From NCBI GenBank assembly GCA_038087875.1, contig CM075989.1, positions 24,802,001-24,866,000 on the forward strand: a stretch of DNA of 64,000 nt. The letters run 5' to 3'. The notes under the pieces are model-generated. The model was given only the letters and a program-made list of their open reading frames with translations. It was not told the DNA's origin and did no database searches. The DNA comes from Malacoraja senta (taxonomy: Eukaryota). How positions within the stretch are numbered: the first letter of the stretch is position 1; every line of letters begins with the position of its first letter. Made by a program: the position numbers and the translations under genes. Shown piece after piece: positions 24,919-38,716 of this stretch.

Positions 24919-26485
24919 TTAATACAGAACCATCTTGCCAATCCCCTGGTCTTTGCTGCCATCTGGTGGAAATGTAGTTGTAATGCAGAATTTCACAAGT
25001 TGGTGGAAAAACTGAATCCCATATTTACCTCCAAACAGAACATGAGGTGTGGGTGGGTGGAGGTCTGCGTGGCGGGGGGGATGAGGTGTGGGTGGGTGGA
25101 GGTCTGCGTGGCGGGGGGTGGGGGGGGAAGTTGGTGTAAACATTGGACAGGATGTCCTGTGCACAGTTATATTGTCACAACATGGAGTGTAAAGTCAATC
25201 CAATATGCGGAATATTCAACGTTAAAGGCTGACAGACTGCAGGGTAAACCATATAGACAATTATATAGAACAAGCAATGAGCAGACTGCATTGGGGTCAT
25301 ATTTAATGTGTAAACAGTGTATAGAATATACAATGATGGGATGTGTAGAATGCCGTGTTCACACTGCCAGGTTGTACATGAGAGCCCGTACTGGGGTCTG
25401 TGTAGGGAGTGCAGCAACAATACACTGATGATGTAGAGCATCCACTGACAATTACTGAGTGTAGTACGGACCACAGTGAAGGAACATGTTGGCCAGACAA
25501 GGATGTGGACTTCGGTTCGCTTATCCTGACAGTGGTTTTAGGGCATTGTGTCGAGATGGCGGTGGTGGAAATATACGTGGGCAGTGCTTTGAGATGCCAA
25601 TTACATGTAGTCTCTCTCTCACAGTCATGATAGATAGATCAGCCGTGATACAATGGCGGAGTAGACTTGATGGGCCGAATGGCCTAATTCTGCTCCGAGA
25701 ACTTGTGATGTTATGAACAGTTACCGTTTTCTGTTTTCCTGAAAGAAGGATCCAGTGATGTTGAGGGACATCTGTAGAGGTCCTGTGTAATGTACAGGGA
25801 GCACCAATAGAGGTTGATTAATTGGACATGACCTGTGGCTGAGCCCTCATCATTATTTTTGTTTTCTCTCTTTTTTTGTATGGCTTTGTAAATATTTGAT
25901 TAGTGTATAAATGTAAATAATTTGGTGTACATATGGAAATAGGTGTTTATAGCTGCTAAATTTGTATAAGATAATTATAAGCAATTGAATAAGGGGTGGA
26001 AATTAATAAGCTTTGGCTTCTTCCTGCTCCTTTACGGACACATACGATTTCATTTATTTATAAATATTGTTTATGACACTGTATAAATATTCTTGTTTTG
26101 TTCTTTTTGTTTTTTGTATGCTGTTTCACACTTGCTTTTTACTCTTTTATTCTGTTCGAAATAAAGAATCAAATAAATAAATAGATAAATGATGATGACT
26201 GCAGATCCATCAGACGCTCACATGTCTGTGAATCACCAGGAGTGTCTGGATGTGTGAAAATCTACAACAGAACAGCACTATCTTTATAAACATTTTACGT
26301 TGCAGTGTAGAATCTGCATTTTTGCATCATATCCCCACAATGTGGTTTGTCTCCTCTGACAGTTCAATTGCCTTTGAATGTTGCAGCACCGTTACAGTCA
26401 GACAAGGGGAGCTCACGTTCAGAATAGAATCCTCTAACACGTGGGCTCTGGGCATGAAGCAAATCACAGCCCCTGAACCGTCTAA

Positions 26486-26650
26486 AGGGCCTGTCCCACT
26501 TGGGCGTCATTTGCGCGTCACGCAGGTGGCACGCGAAGATTTTGTGAATCCCCAAATCCTGGGACGCCGCGCGCGACCACGCGTCACTGCCTACGTCACA
26601 ACGCACCATGCGCGTGTAATACACGCCATGTGCGCATCAATAAATGACAG
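26486..26650. mobile_element. Truncated Harbinger-like MITE (one TIR)
   Basis: TAA + AGGGCCTGTCCCACTT followed by CpG-rich internal sequence; second TIR not seen. Confidence 0.55.
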
Positions 26651-28596
26651 AGCTACTGAAAGGAATGTAAATCGTACCATGGTCCTCTGCAGGAAACACA
26701 AGGGGAGATCCTTGGTTTCACACTTGCCTCAGGTCCCTTATTGAGAAAAATGTATTTAAAAAATAAGAATAATTAAGCATAGAATAATTAAGAATTAAGA
26801 ATATTCTGAAGAAGGGTCTCGACCCGAAACATCACCATTCCTACTCTCCAGAGATGCTGCCTGTCCCACTGAGTTACTCCAGCATTTTGTATCTACCTTT
26901 CAGAATAATTAAGGAAGTGGCTTTCCTATTTAAAAAGGCTTGATAACTGCCCTCAATCCAGGCCACACACTACTGAAAGGAGCCCACATCCCAGAGCAGC
27001 AGAGAACTCCCTGCCACTGTAGCACAGGAGAGGACCATGTGCACATGTGTTGAGAGGAAGTAGTCAGCTGAACAGGGCACGTTTTCATGCGGTTGAACCA
27101 ACTAACTGGAGTCTGCAGCAAGTTCGCCAGTGAGGGCCCGATGACCTCATCTCCTCCTGCTCTTTTAACTTTGTGATTTCCAATAAAACTGGTGAAATAT
27201 TTTGTAACTGTATATTTAACATTTTTGTAAATCACTGAACATAAAATGTGGCACTTTCCAATTTATCTAAATTAACGCAAATTGGATAAAAGCTTTGCTG
27301 CTCATTCTGCCAACAAGAGAACGGAAACATGTCCATTCAATGCACGATACACCACTCATACAGCTGAATGTCATCTTCAAGTTAACCCTTTGCTTACTGT
27401 CCAATTTTCATTTCATTACCTCATTGATAAAAATCAGACATATGTTCTGGAGAATAAATAATATGATTTATTATATTAACTAATATATTGAATCAAAGGA
27501 ACCAAAACCAAAAACTATAAATATCTCGAAAGCAGGATTTCTTTATTGAGGCAAATCACTTTGAAGTGTTATTCATATAGGGAGAGCGTGGAGGGCAAGG
27601 TATCAATTCCTCATGAATTCCATCAGGATTTGCTGTGAGGGTGAACGAGGTTAGTGTGAGCATGTTGTCTACAGAGCCTCCAATGTTACCACACAGCCCT
27701 ACTGGACTCTGAGATCGCCAGTGATGCTGACAAACTCTCATGTCCCATCCACGCTATAAATCCTCCTCACATCCTCTAAATCTCTGACATCTTACCGTGA
27801 TCTATGCCTTTTCTGTCACAGACATTATGTTTTGGAGAGAAGTTTCCTACTATTACCCTAGTTCTCCGTCAGCTTTCTCCAATCCAAGGAGCAGCCACCA
27901 GCCAGATGTTAGTCCCCCTGAGTAAAACCAGCTAAACATAGTTTCTGTGAGGTTACGTAAAGAGGACAGGTACATAGATAGGAAATTTTGAGGGATATGG
28001 AACAAACAGCAGCAAATGGGAATTTCTTAGATGGGATGTCTGTGCCAGCATGGACGAGTTGGGGTGAATGGCCTGTTTCCAAGATCGATGACTAAAAGAT
28101 TCTTAGTCCCTGGAGTCTGGGGCTGGAAACCCACTTCAGATGTGGGGAGGGGGGGGGCAGGGGAACCCCTGTATCTAAAGCTGTTGGAAAGAACTGCAGA
28201 TGCTGGTTTAAACCGAAGATAGACACAAAAAACGGGAGTAACTCAGCGGTAAAACACTTGTTGAGTTACTCCAGCTCTTTGTTATGGTTCTCCCTTGAGG
28301 CATCCTACAGTTTGGTTTAGTTTAGAGATACAGCGCAGAAACAGGCCCTTTGGCCCATCGAGTCCACACCGACCAGCAATCCCCGCACACTCACATTACC
28401 CCTACACACACTAGGGATAATTTAACATTTATACCAAGCCAATTAACCTACAAACCTGTATGTCTTTGGAGTGCGGGAGGAAACCAAAGATCTCAGAAAA
28501 AACCCATGCAGGTCCCGGGGAGAATGTACAAACTCCATACAGACAGCACCCATAGTCGGGATCGAACCCGGGTCTTGGGAGCTGCAAGTGCTGTAA

Positions 28597-28989
28597 AGCC
28601 CCTGTCCCACTTAGGAGACCTAAACAGCAACCTGTGGTGACCTTGCCCGCCACCCAAGGTTTCCATGAGGTCACCGGAGGTTTTGGTCACTCTCCCTAAT
28701 GGTCGACAGTGGTTTCCGCGTGGTCGCGGCTTCATCTAGGTTGCTGCTATTTTTTCATCATGATTAAACCTGGCCTCGACTAAAAATAGGTTGCCGTTTT
28801 AAAAATCGATAATTTTCTAGTTGCAGGTCTAGTCAAAGCTGGTTTTCTTCATAGTCAAGGAAGGTTTTCAACATATGTGTGGGAGGTGGTAGCAGTTAGT
28901 ATGGCATCACCTCGGCCTTGATTTTTGTTTGGGTGGCGGGCAAGGTCACTAGAGTTTGCTGTTTAGGTCTCCTAAGTGGGACAGGGGCT
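28597..28989. mobile_element. PIF/Harbinger-like MITE abutting a SINE head
   Basis: ~55-bp TIRs AGCCCCTGTCCCACTTAGGAGACCTAAACAGCAA; flanks TAA/TTA. Confidence 0.8.
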
Positions 28990-29239
28990 TTAGTTAAAAA
29001 TTGCCTTGGCTGCTCAGAGGATATTTAAATACACACCCCACACTGCTCTCTGGCCAAGGCCTAGTGACCGACCTCCGTCGGTCCACCCCCCTCCCCTCAC
29101 CAGCAGACGGGCCACAGGAAGCCTCCGGTGAACATCACAAACACCGCCTGGATACCGAGAAACGCCAGCACCCTGGAGAGTGCCGAGACCACGGTCTAAA
29201 TAGTGGTTATTGGATCAACTCATTGCAACTTACCGAATA

Positions 29240-29595
29240 GTGGTAGGCCTGTGTAGAGTGGATGTGGAGAGGATGTTTCCACTAGTGGGAGAGTCTAGGA
29301 ATAGAGGTCACAGCCTCAGAATTAAAGGACGTTCCTTCAGGAAGGAATTGAGAAGGAATTTCTTTAGTCAGCACATTGTGAATCTGTGGAATTCATTGCC
29401 ACAGACAGAGGCCAAGGGAATGGATATTTTTAAGGCAGAGATAGGTTCTTCATTAGTACGGGTGTCAGTGGCTATGGGGAGAAGGCAGGTGAATGGGGTT
29501 ACAGGGGAAAGATAGATCAGCCATGATTGAATGGCGGAGTAGACTTGATGGGCCGAATGGCCTGAATCTGCTCCTATCACTGATGAACATGAACA
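29240..29595 (+). mobile_element. CR1 LINE 3' fragment with 3' UTR
   Basis: VDVERMFPLVGESRNRGHSLRIKG..; 3' UTR gatcagccatgattgaatggcggagtagacttgatgggccgaatggcct. Confidence 0.85.
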
Positions 29596-32279
29596 CATCC
29601 GCATCTTGACAGCCCGACTCCTGATAAACCCAGGAGGCCCAGCCAGTGGGAGGAGAGAGTGTGGAAGCGGGGAGGGTGGAAAGGGAGAGATGATGCCATA
29701 CTAACTGCACCTCTTTACACAGGCTTGGAAGCCTGAGACCAGCATCATCTCGTGAGGCCAGTGAGTTGCCGGGACCGGTCCAAGCCAGCCAGGGCCCCCT
29801 CACTGTCGACGAGGGACCATGTCCCCACGCTGGCCCGGACCTTCTCTTCACTGCTGCCCATCATTTGGGATATACCATATCACGTGAGTTCAACCTACTC
29901 CGAGTGTCAGTGTGGTCATTGTCGAGGTCATTGGAGTGTGGGAGGAAACCGGAGCACCTGGAGAAAACCCACACGGTCACAGGGAGAACGTACAAACTCT
30001 GTACAGACAGCACCTGTAGTAAGGATCGAATCTGGGTCTCTGGCGCTGTGAGGCAGTAACTCTACCGCTGCACCACCGTGCCGCCCCTTGTGTAGCCCAG
30101 CTTCAGTTTCTGACACTCTCTGATTTCCGTTCTTATGGTCAGGCAGCCGGGCCCAACGCACATTAACTGGACGACCGACTCCACAGTTTCATGTTTCACC
30201 GCAGCGGAAATACTTGGCAGTGAGTGGCCTGACAGCATCCAATGTAAACCTTTATTAGTGCCCCATAAACTTAGCCATCAGCTTCAATTGAAATCAGTGG
30301 GTGAAAATACAACAGCTGCAACAACTCAATAACAAGGATGGATGGATGTCAAGGTAACCCCATGATCCTCACTGCTATCCTCCCTGGAGTAGTCGGGACA
30401 TCTTTCATTATAATTGTTAAAAAACATACACTGAAAAACAGGTAGACTTCCCATCTTGCATGAGATAACTGGCTGGTGATAACAGCTCATTAGATCAGGA
30501 ATTTCAATATTAAGACTTGCATTTAAAGCGATCTTCTTCTTGCGTGTGGCGTGCACAGCCTAAAGTTGTAGGACAACTTGTTCTATTAGATCTTATTTGA
30601 TTGTGCACCCTGGGTTGATTGCATTCGTCGAAACAGGGCGGACCAGGTGAAGGTTGCAATCTCCCACCCATTTAAAGAGATGGCATCATGATTGTTTGCT
30701 TCAATGTCGATTTTCAGACTCCAGAATAAATGCTTTAAATGGTGGTTTACAGTTTTGTAAAATTATTTTGTTTATTTTGATTGTGAGTTAATGTAGTAAA
30801 TAGAGAAATGGAAGGAGACAGATCTCAGACTGCTAGAAATTGCAGAGAGTTATGGCGGGGACGTTCCTCTGTTCACTTAGTCTGTGAATCGAGAGCCAGA
30901 GTCACAATGAAAGTATTCGGCAAAGGCTGGGAAGGTGCCACGAGAAGAGACCGTATTATGCAGCAGTGGCTGGGGACCAGAGCGGGAGAGTTAATGGTGG
31001 TGTTGAAAGGGGAATTGAAAGTGCTGGAGTAACTCTGTACGGAGTTTGTACCTTCTCCCTGTGACCGTGTGAGTTTTCTGCGGGTGCTCCGGTTTCCTCC
31101 CACACTCCAGGTTTGTAGGGTAATTGGCCTCTCTAGATTGTAAATTGTCCCTAGTATGTAGGATAGTGTGAGCGTGCGGGGATCGCTGGTCGGCGCGGAC
31201 TCGGTGGGTCGAAGGGCCCATTTCCCCGCTGTATCTCTTATGTCTAAAGTAAAGTCTAAAACTGAGCAGGTCAGGCAGAATCTCAGGAGAATATGGACAG
31301 GTGATATTTCAGGTGACTGATTCAAGACTGGGAAGCAAACCATCTGGATAGTTCCTGCGTGGGTCAGCATGGGCCTGACAGACTGAATGGCCTCATTTCC
31401 TGCTGTAACTGTGTGATTCAGGTTGTAAAATATTGGTACACATCAGTCACGCCGGATAGACAGCTCTGCATCTCACTGATTGGCCACAGACCCGTCCCTG
31501 ACCTCTCCACCTTGGGCACGCGGAAGGGGATGATTCACTGTTGATTTGGCACAGTTGTGTTAAATGCCCCATTCATCACATCCCCACCTTGACATTTATT
31601 GAAAATTGCCTTCCTTGCCGCATTTACTATCTCTGGCGAGGCGCGAGTGGAAATTGTAATTATATGTTGCATCATTTCAGCTGTTATTTATGTGCCTTGA
31701 GACTGAGGTGTCGCGCTGGCTCTATGATAAGATGACACAGAGTGAGATTTAAGGCAGATGCACTTTCCCATCAGCCCTGATGTGAGAATATTCAGTGTTG
31801 TTGACTGTACAAACTGTTCACAGATTCTCCCCTCCCCCCTCCCCCACTCAGCTGTGAGGTTAAGGTGCTGGCTTCTTCTTATATACCAGACATTTGGAGC
31901 TCACATTGCTGCCAGAAACATTTTCCATTGAAAATTGCTTCATTTAATCATAAGATAACGGTGAAGCCTAAAAAGAGGTAATCAAGCCATAAGATTGTGG
32001 CATCAAGGACATGTCACATCCCGGCCACTCCCCCCTCTCCCCCTCTCCCCCCATCACAGGTTTGCAGGTGTCAGGGTTTATGAGGATCGCTGGTCGACAC
32101 AAACCCGGTTGGCCAAAGAACCTGTTTCTCCACTGTATATCTAAAGTCTAAATGCAGGGGTTGGTTCTTTAAAGTGAAGGAGAGATAACCGGGTCTGAAG
32201 AAGGGTTTTGACCCGAATCGTCACCTATTCCTTTTCTCCAGAGATGCTGCCTGACCCGCTGCGTTACTCCAGCTTTTTG

Positions 32280-32582
32280 TGGTGGTGCAGCGGTAGAGTT
32301 GCTGCCTTACAGCGCTTGGTGCCGGAGACCCGGGTTCGATCCCGACTACGGGTGCTGTCTGTATGGAGTTTGTACATTCTCCCCGTGACGCCATGGGTTT
32401 CCTCCAAGATCTTCGGTTTCCTCCCACATTCCAAAGACGTGCAGGTTTGTAGGTTAATTGGCTTGGTGTAAGTGTAAATTGTACCCGGTGTAGAGTAGAG
32501 TTAATGTGTGGGGATCGCTGGTCAGTGCAGACTCGGTGGGCCAAAGGCTCTGTTTCCATGCGGTATCTCTAAATTAAACTAA
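32280..32582 (+). mobile_element. HE1-like V-SINE
   Basis: Same A/B boxes, V-domain and tail. Confidence 0.85.
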
Positions 32583-32589
32583 AAAAATT

Positions 32590-32860
32590 AGGCCATTCAG
32601 CCCATCAAGTCTACTCCACCATTCAATCATGGCTGATCTATCTCTCCCTCCTAACCCCATTCTCCAGCCTTCTCCCCATAACCTCTGACACCCATACTAA
32701 TCAAGAATCTATCTATCTCTGCCTTAAAAATATCCACTGACTTGGCCTCCACAGCCTTCTGTGGCAAAGAATTCCACAGATTCACCAGCCTTTAACTCAA
32801 GAAATTCCTCCTCATCTCCTTCCTAAAAGAACATCCTTTAATTCTGAGGCTGTGACCTGA
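32590..32860 (-). mobile_element. CR1 LINE 3' fragment (similar copies at ~45300-45530, 46660-46880, 51455-51618, 53200-53430, 60540-60710)
   Basis: Shared CR1 3' UTR sequence. Confidence 0.8.
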
Positions 32861-34646
32861 ATTTTGGGGCTATAATCTTTCTGTAATAATGCTGTAATTT
32901 GATGCAGTGATCATCGTTTATGAGCTGGAGTTTCCTACATTTGCTCCCCTATTCATTAACCGACCAGTGCAGAACACCTTGTATTGACTTCACCCAGATA
33001 CTTGGCCATCAGTCACGGGCTGACACTGGGCAAAGGCTCCACTGAAACTTGCTCCCTCATTCCTGCTGCGTTTGATTGCACCCTGCACTGATTGCTTTTA
33101 CAAACCTTTTGACCTCAACATCTAACCGTACTTGATGTTTTTAGAGGATGATTCATGTTCTATTACTGGAGGAGTTTAACATCTCTTTGTCCAGCTGGCA
33201 ATAAGGTCATTGTGTCCTGAGAAATTGTGTGGTATGATTTTATCCGTGCAAACAGTTAGTTTGTTTGGACACTACACGTGCAGGCAGTGAATATCAATCT
33301 GCGTCTTCTGTCATGTGTTTGAACACTTACATAAACAGGGAAGTCTTCATAACTAAGGCAAGTGTCCACCAGAGAGTCTGGCCAGAGCTGACCACTGTCT
33401 GAAGTTCAGCTTGTCACATCAGGGAGACACAGAGTGCTGGAGTAACTCAGCGGGTCAGGCAGCATCTCTGGAGAGAAAGAAAGGGTGAAAACAATGTGTT
33501 CTCTGTACCTTTTCATATCTCTCGTTTCCCTCTGCTCTGACTCTCAGTCTGAAGAAGGGTCTCGACCAGAAACGTCACCTATTCCTTTTTCTCCAGAGAT
33601 GCTGCCTGACCCTCCAGCACTTTATTATCCAGTGGCCTCGTTAACAATGACAGTAGAATGGGTGATTGGCCATGTTTGTCAAACAGGACTGATGCAAGGA
33701 GTGATGGAGCCAGGCTGTCTGCATTAGTCGCTTCCATCTCCCACACTCCGCCAACTCCACCAATCCCATTCACGGATACGCCTTTCCGCTGGGAATGGAA
33801 AATCAATAATCTTTTCATTTTCTGAAAAAGTTTTTAAATTTGAGGACGGGAGTGGATTTGTTTTCTAGAAAACAGCAGGCGAAAGTAAATAGGCAATATA
33901 ATGCGCTGTTGTGTCATTGTGCGTGGCTGAGGGTCTCTAGCTTGCTCACTAAGCTGCATCAATCCAAGATGCAGGACAACAAACACGATGAAATGTCAAC
34001 ATCCCAAAATGCTTCATGGGACAAACATCTACAAAATTTACAATCTTTACCAAAGCCAATTAACCTGCAAACCTGCACGTCTTTGGAGTGTGGGAGGAAA
34101 CCGGAGCACCTGGAGAAAACCCACACGGTCACAGGGAGAGCGTACAAACTTCGTACAGACAGCGCCCGTAGTCAGGATCGAACCCGGGTCTCTGGTGCTG
34201 TTAGGCAACAACTCTACCGCTGCGCCACCATGCCGCCATTTCCTTTTTTTTTTAATGTCCTTGAAAGCTTTCACTCTGAGCAAGGTTTGTAGCTCAGCAT
34301 TAAATAATTCTGTCTGATGCTGCCCGTGGTATTGGACGCCTTGCCTCGTGTTGGAGGAACTGTCTAAAATGGAGGTTGTTGTTACAATGTTTCTCTGTTC
34401 ACATCTTCTCTGCACAGTTTGACCTCCCACTCAAATTGAATTAAGATTATGAGCGTTTTGCAGCGTTCTTGTTTACAGAGCAGTTTGCATCTTGTCAGCA
34501 AAACTGATTGCTCATTAAGTGGATTTATCACAATGCTGTTCTTGCTGTGGGGAGGTGATACACTGGGCTGCCTGCTTGCCTCCTGATAGCCACCTCCTCT
34601 TGGTCCTGCGGCACAGTGAGCAGTACACAGTCAGTCTGGGTCCTTA

Positions 34647-35180
34647 AGGGGCTGTCCCACTGCAGCAACCTAATTGGCGAGTTTAGAAGAGTTTAGGAGA
34701 GTTTGAAAAAGTGTCATGTTGAAGACCTCCTTCGACTATGTAGAAGACCTCCTTCGACTACGTTGAAGACTAGCTACGACTAACTTCAGGAAAATTGGAC
34801 ACCGAATAGTGGAGAGTGAAGACGACCTCCTTCGACCTCCCTTGGACTATGATGAAGACTATCTATGACTACCTTCGACTACACTCTATTACCTACGACT
34901 AACATGCCGACCTACTACGACCTACTTCAACTAAACCTACGAGTAAAATAAAAAATTTTAAAAATTCCATGGCAAACTTTTTTTACTCGCGGGCATTTTT
35001 CAGCATGTTGAAAAATACACCGCAACATAGCTGAGGCCTCAAGTACGTGGGGACTGCTCTCAAGCATGAAGGAGAGTTACAAAGACCTCCTAGGACCTTG
35101 TGTCAACCATGCTGCGAGTATGAGTCGAGGGCAAACTCTTCTAAACTCGCCAATTAGGTCGCCGCAGTGGGGCAGCCCCT
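34647..35180. mobile_element. PIF/Harbinger-like MITE
   Basis: TIRs AGGGGCTG(T/C)CCCACTGC..ACCTAATTGGCGAGTTTAGAAGAGTTT, flanked by TTA/TTA. Confidence 0.82.
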
Positions 35181-37019
35181 TTAGTGTGAGTAATTCTGAA
35201 CACATTGGCACAATAAAGCATGGAGCCATCTCAGTCATTCTCATTGTAACCTTATTTATTCTCCTGCTTGGGATTTTATTTAGCCTGCAGGTTCTGATAC
35301 CAATCCAATCAGCTTGCTTATCCTTCAAGATATATTGCCTTAATCTCTGTTTCCTAACCAGAACACGCTCAACTAACGAGGTGTTTAGTAACAGTGATCA
35401 CACACGGCATCACACCCACCCTGTTCCTCCCAGGATCACTTCCACTGCCCTCTCTCCTGCCCCTGGTCTAATGTGAAGGGTTTCATTCTTTAACGTAGCT
35501 TTAACATTGAGATTGGAATGAGGGTCATTCAAGCCCTCGGGCCAACCGAGTCCACGCTACCACCAATCACCCGTCCACACTAATCCCCCACCCCACCCTT
35601 CCCTTCCCCATTACCCCTGGATACACAATAAGTTCTCCCACCATCCCATCCCCTTTCCCATTCCCCATCTACTTCCCCGTTATCCCTTCCTCTGGCTTCA
35701 CATTTCACTTTGCAACTTGTGTCAGGATGCTGTTCGTGGCCAATGCAGCAGGCGGTGGAGTGTGGCAGGGATCTGGAACTCACTGCTCTCAGGATGGTCG
35801 AGACATCTAGGCACAGAAGGGGTCAAAGTCCATAACTGCCTGATAATGGCAACATAGTGGTAAAGAAGGCAGGTTGAATGTTCTCCAGAGATGCTGCCTG
35901 ACCTGCTGAGTTACTCCAGCAGGTCCGACGTGAAATGTCACATATCCATGTTCTCCAAAGATGCTGCCTGACTGCCCTGGGTCAGGCAACATCTCTGGAG
36001 GCCTAAGGCCTGTGTTCACCTTTTATGCCACAACTTGTCTGCCTCTCCTCTACCCCCCCCCCCCCAATCAGACAGAAGAGGGTCCCAACCCGAAACGTCA
36101 CCTATCCACGTTCTCCAGAGATGCTGCCTGACCCGCTGAGTTCCTCCAGCACTCTGTGAAACGTCACCTATCACATTCTCCAGAGATGCTGCCTGACCTG
36201 CTGAGTTACTCCAGCACTCTGTGTCTTTCCTTAAGAGAGAGTTAATTTGAGCTCCACAAAGACAGCTATGACATCAGTTCACCAGTGTGTGCCCGTCGAT
36301 GCCCGGATCAGCTTCTTGTTACTCTTGCAGATCTTAACGGAAAATACATGCAAAGCCTAGATTTATATGAATCTTGCAACAATTAATACACTCCACTTCA
36401 TCTTGGAGCTCTGTAATAATGTAATTAAAACTCCTTCTAACAACTGATAACTACTTTGTGTTAATGAATTATCCTTACAGTTCCATGGTTGTGATCCATC
36501 TGCCAAGGGATTCGGCTTCTGTCCGACACTCTGCTAATAATGGGCTCAGATTGTGAAGTCACTAGACAGAAATCACCCATGCATGTTACATAGTGATTCT
36601 TCTTTTAATGATCCGTAACAAATTAAATAATCCAGATGATATCTACTCCAAATTGTGAAGACAATTTGCGAGCAGTGGGCTTGGATTAACAGTGCAGTGA
36701 GATGTGTGTTGCTAAGACTGGGATCAAATGCAGATTGTAGAATGTGCAAAAGAATAACTAGTAGCTTTGTCTCTGCCACCTCTTGCGTCCATCTGATGAA
36801 CTCATTAACAAAGCTGTTCCTGACATTGCTGTACGCAGGCATCCGCCCAATTCATTCCCTACAATTGGAGATGACGGACACTGAAGGAGGAATGACCATC
36901 TGATGTGGTCGCACTGACATGTTCTCCAGTCCTTGCCCTCAACATAACCCGCCCATGTTCTGACGCATGCCTGTGTGCTGTTCACAATGGCTGTCCTTTT
37001 GAAAGTCACCTTAGCACCG

Positions 37020-37325
37020 AATCACTTCCCTCTGGAAGGCGACTCCAGACTGTCAAAGCTGCCACAGCCAGACATAAAAACAGCTTTTTTCCACGAGTAG
37101 TAGCTCTACTCAATAACCAAAAACCTGTAGCCTCCTTTTGCTCTGGTATTTTATTTAATGCACATGTTTAATCAATAATGTTTTATTATTAATGTTTAAT
37201 GTTTTATGTATCATTCCTAACTGTCACTGTATGTCATGTTGTCACTTACGGGCAGAGCACCAAGGCAAATTCTTTGTATGTGAATACTTGGCCAATAAAT
37301 TTATTCATTCATTCAATTCATTCAA
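37020..37325 (+). mobile_element. Rex1-like LINE 3' end with (ATTC)n tail (inverse copy of the UTR at ~53540-53740)
   Basis: LPSGRRLQTVKAATARHKNSFFPRVVALLN, followed by AATAAA and an attc repeat tail. Confidence 0.7.
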
Positions 37326-38716
37326 AGCAAAATACTGCAGATGCTGAAAATACAAAATTAAAAAAGGTAAGTCAATAGAGGAGGACATGGCAGGTGGAAT
37401 ATAATGTGTAAACATTGCAAATTTATCCACTTTGATAAAAACATTTAAAAAACACAGCTAATGGGGAGTGTTTGAAAGGTGTTGATGTTCAAAGAGACAA
37501 TGGATGTCCTTGTACATAAACCACAGTGAGTTAACATGATGCTGCAGATGTCAATTACAAATTATATGTTGGCTGTTATCACAAGAGGATTTTAATCGAA
37601 AAGTGGAGATTTCTGGGTTTAATTCCCAAGCTAAGGTGAGACTGCATCAGGAATATTGTATAGGAAGAAACTGCAGATGCTGATTTACACCAAAGATACA
37701 CACCAAATGCTGGAGTAACTCAGCGGGTCAGGCAGCATCTGTGGAGAACATGGATAGGTGACGTTTCACAGAGTGCTGGAGTAACTCAGCGGGGCAGGCA
37801 GCATCCCTGGAGAGAAGGAGTGGGCGACGATTCTTCAGATTGGAGAACGTCACCCATCCCCAGAACGTTGTCCACAGAACTGGTCTCCCTACATAAAGAT
37901 GGGGATACTTGCAATGCTGCAGTGACCACCCAGGTGTGGTTAGCAGAGAGGTTGATGGGCTAACTTTATGATCGTGTCAGTGTGCTGGGTCTTCAGAGAT
38001 ATGCATGACCAGGAATTTGAGGTTTTGACTCTCTCCACGACCGTCCCATAGAATGAAGCCAGGTTTGTCGATCCTTGTACCTCCTCTCAGTTCTAAGTAG
38101 ACAACCCCTGTCCAAAAATGTTGATGTCTAGTTTCTGATCATGGGACAGGTCCTGTCAGCAACCACTCTATCAGCTCTGCCCCAATTTTATTTTAATGCA
38201 TCAATGAAATCATCCTTCATGCTTCTAAATTCTGGGAAGGACCAATAAAGCATATCGCTCATGTAATGAGTTCTAACCCACAGTAGGTTGAGCTGTTAAT
38301 AACCGCAGGCTCTGTAAAGGGTGTATTTCTAACTTTACTTTTCTTTCTTTATGATTTTGTTGTGAGTTTTTAAAAAGCCAGCTCTTCATTAATGTTGATA
38401 TTTCATTGGAATTCTTGCAAATATCCTGACCTTTCACCTAAACGTCAAACAATGATGTGATTCTGTGCAGATATATACATGTATGTCTGAAGAAGGGTCT
38501 CGACCCAAAACATCACCTAATCTGTCTCCACAGATGCTGCCTGAGCCACTGAGTTACTCCAGCTTTTTGTGTCTGTCTTTGGTTTTATATATATACTAGA
38601 CCAAGTGCAGACCCGTTGGGTCTGGACACCGAGTAACTAATATATGTATTATTTATACATGATTTAATATATGATTTAATTATTTATTTTCTACCTGTAT
38701 ATTTATTATATATATA

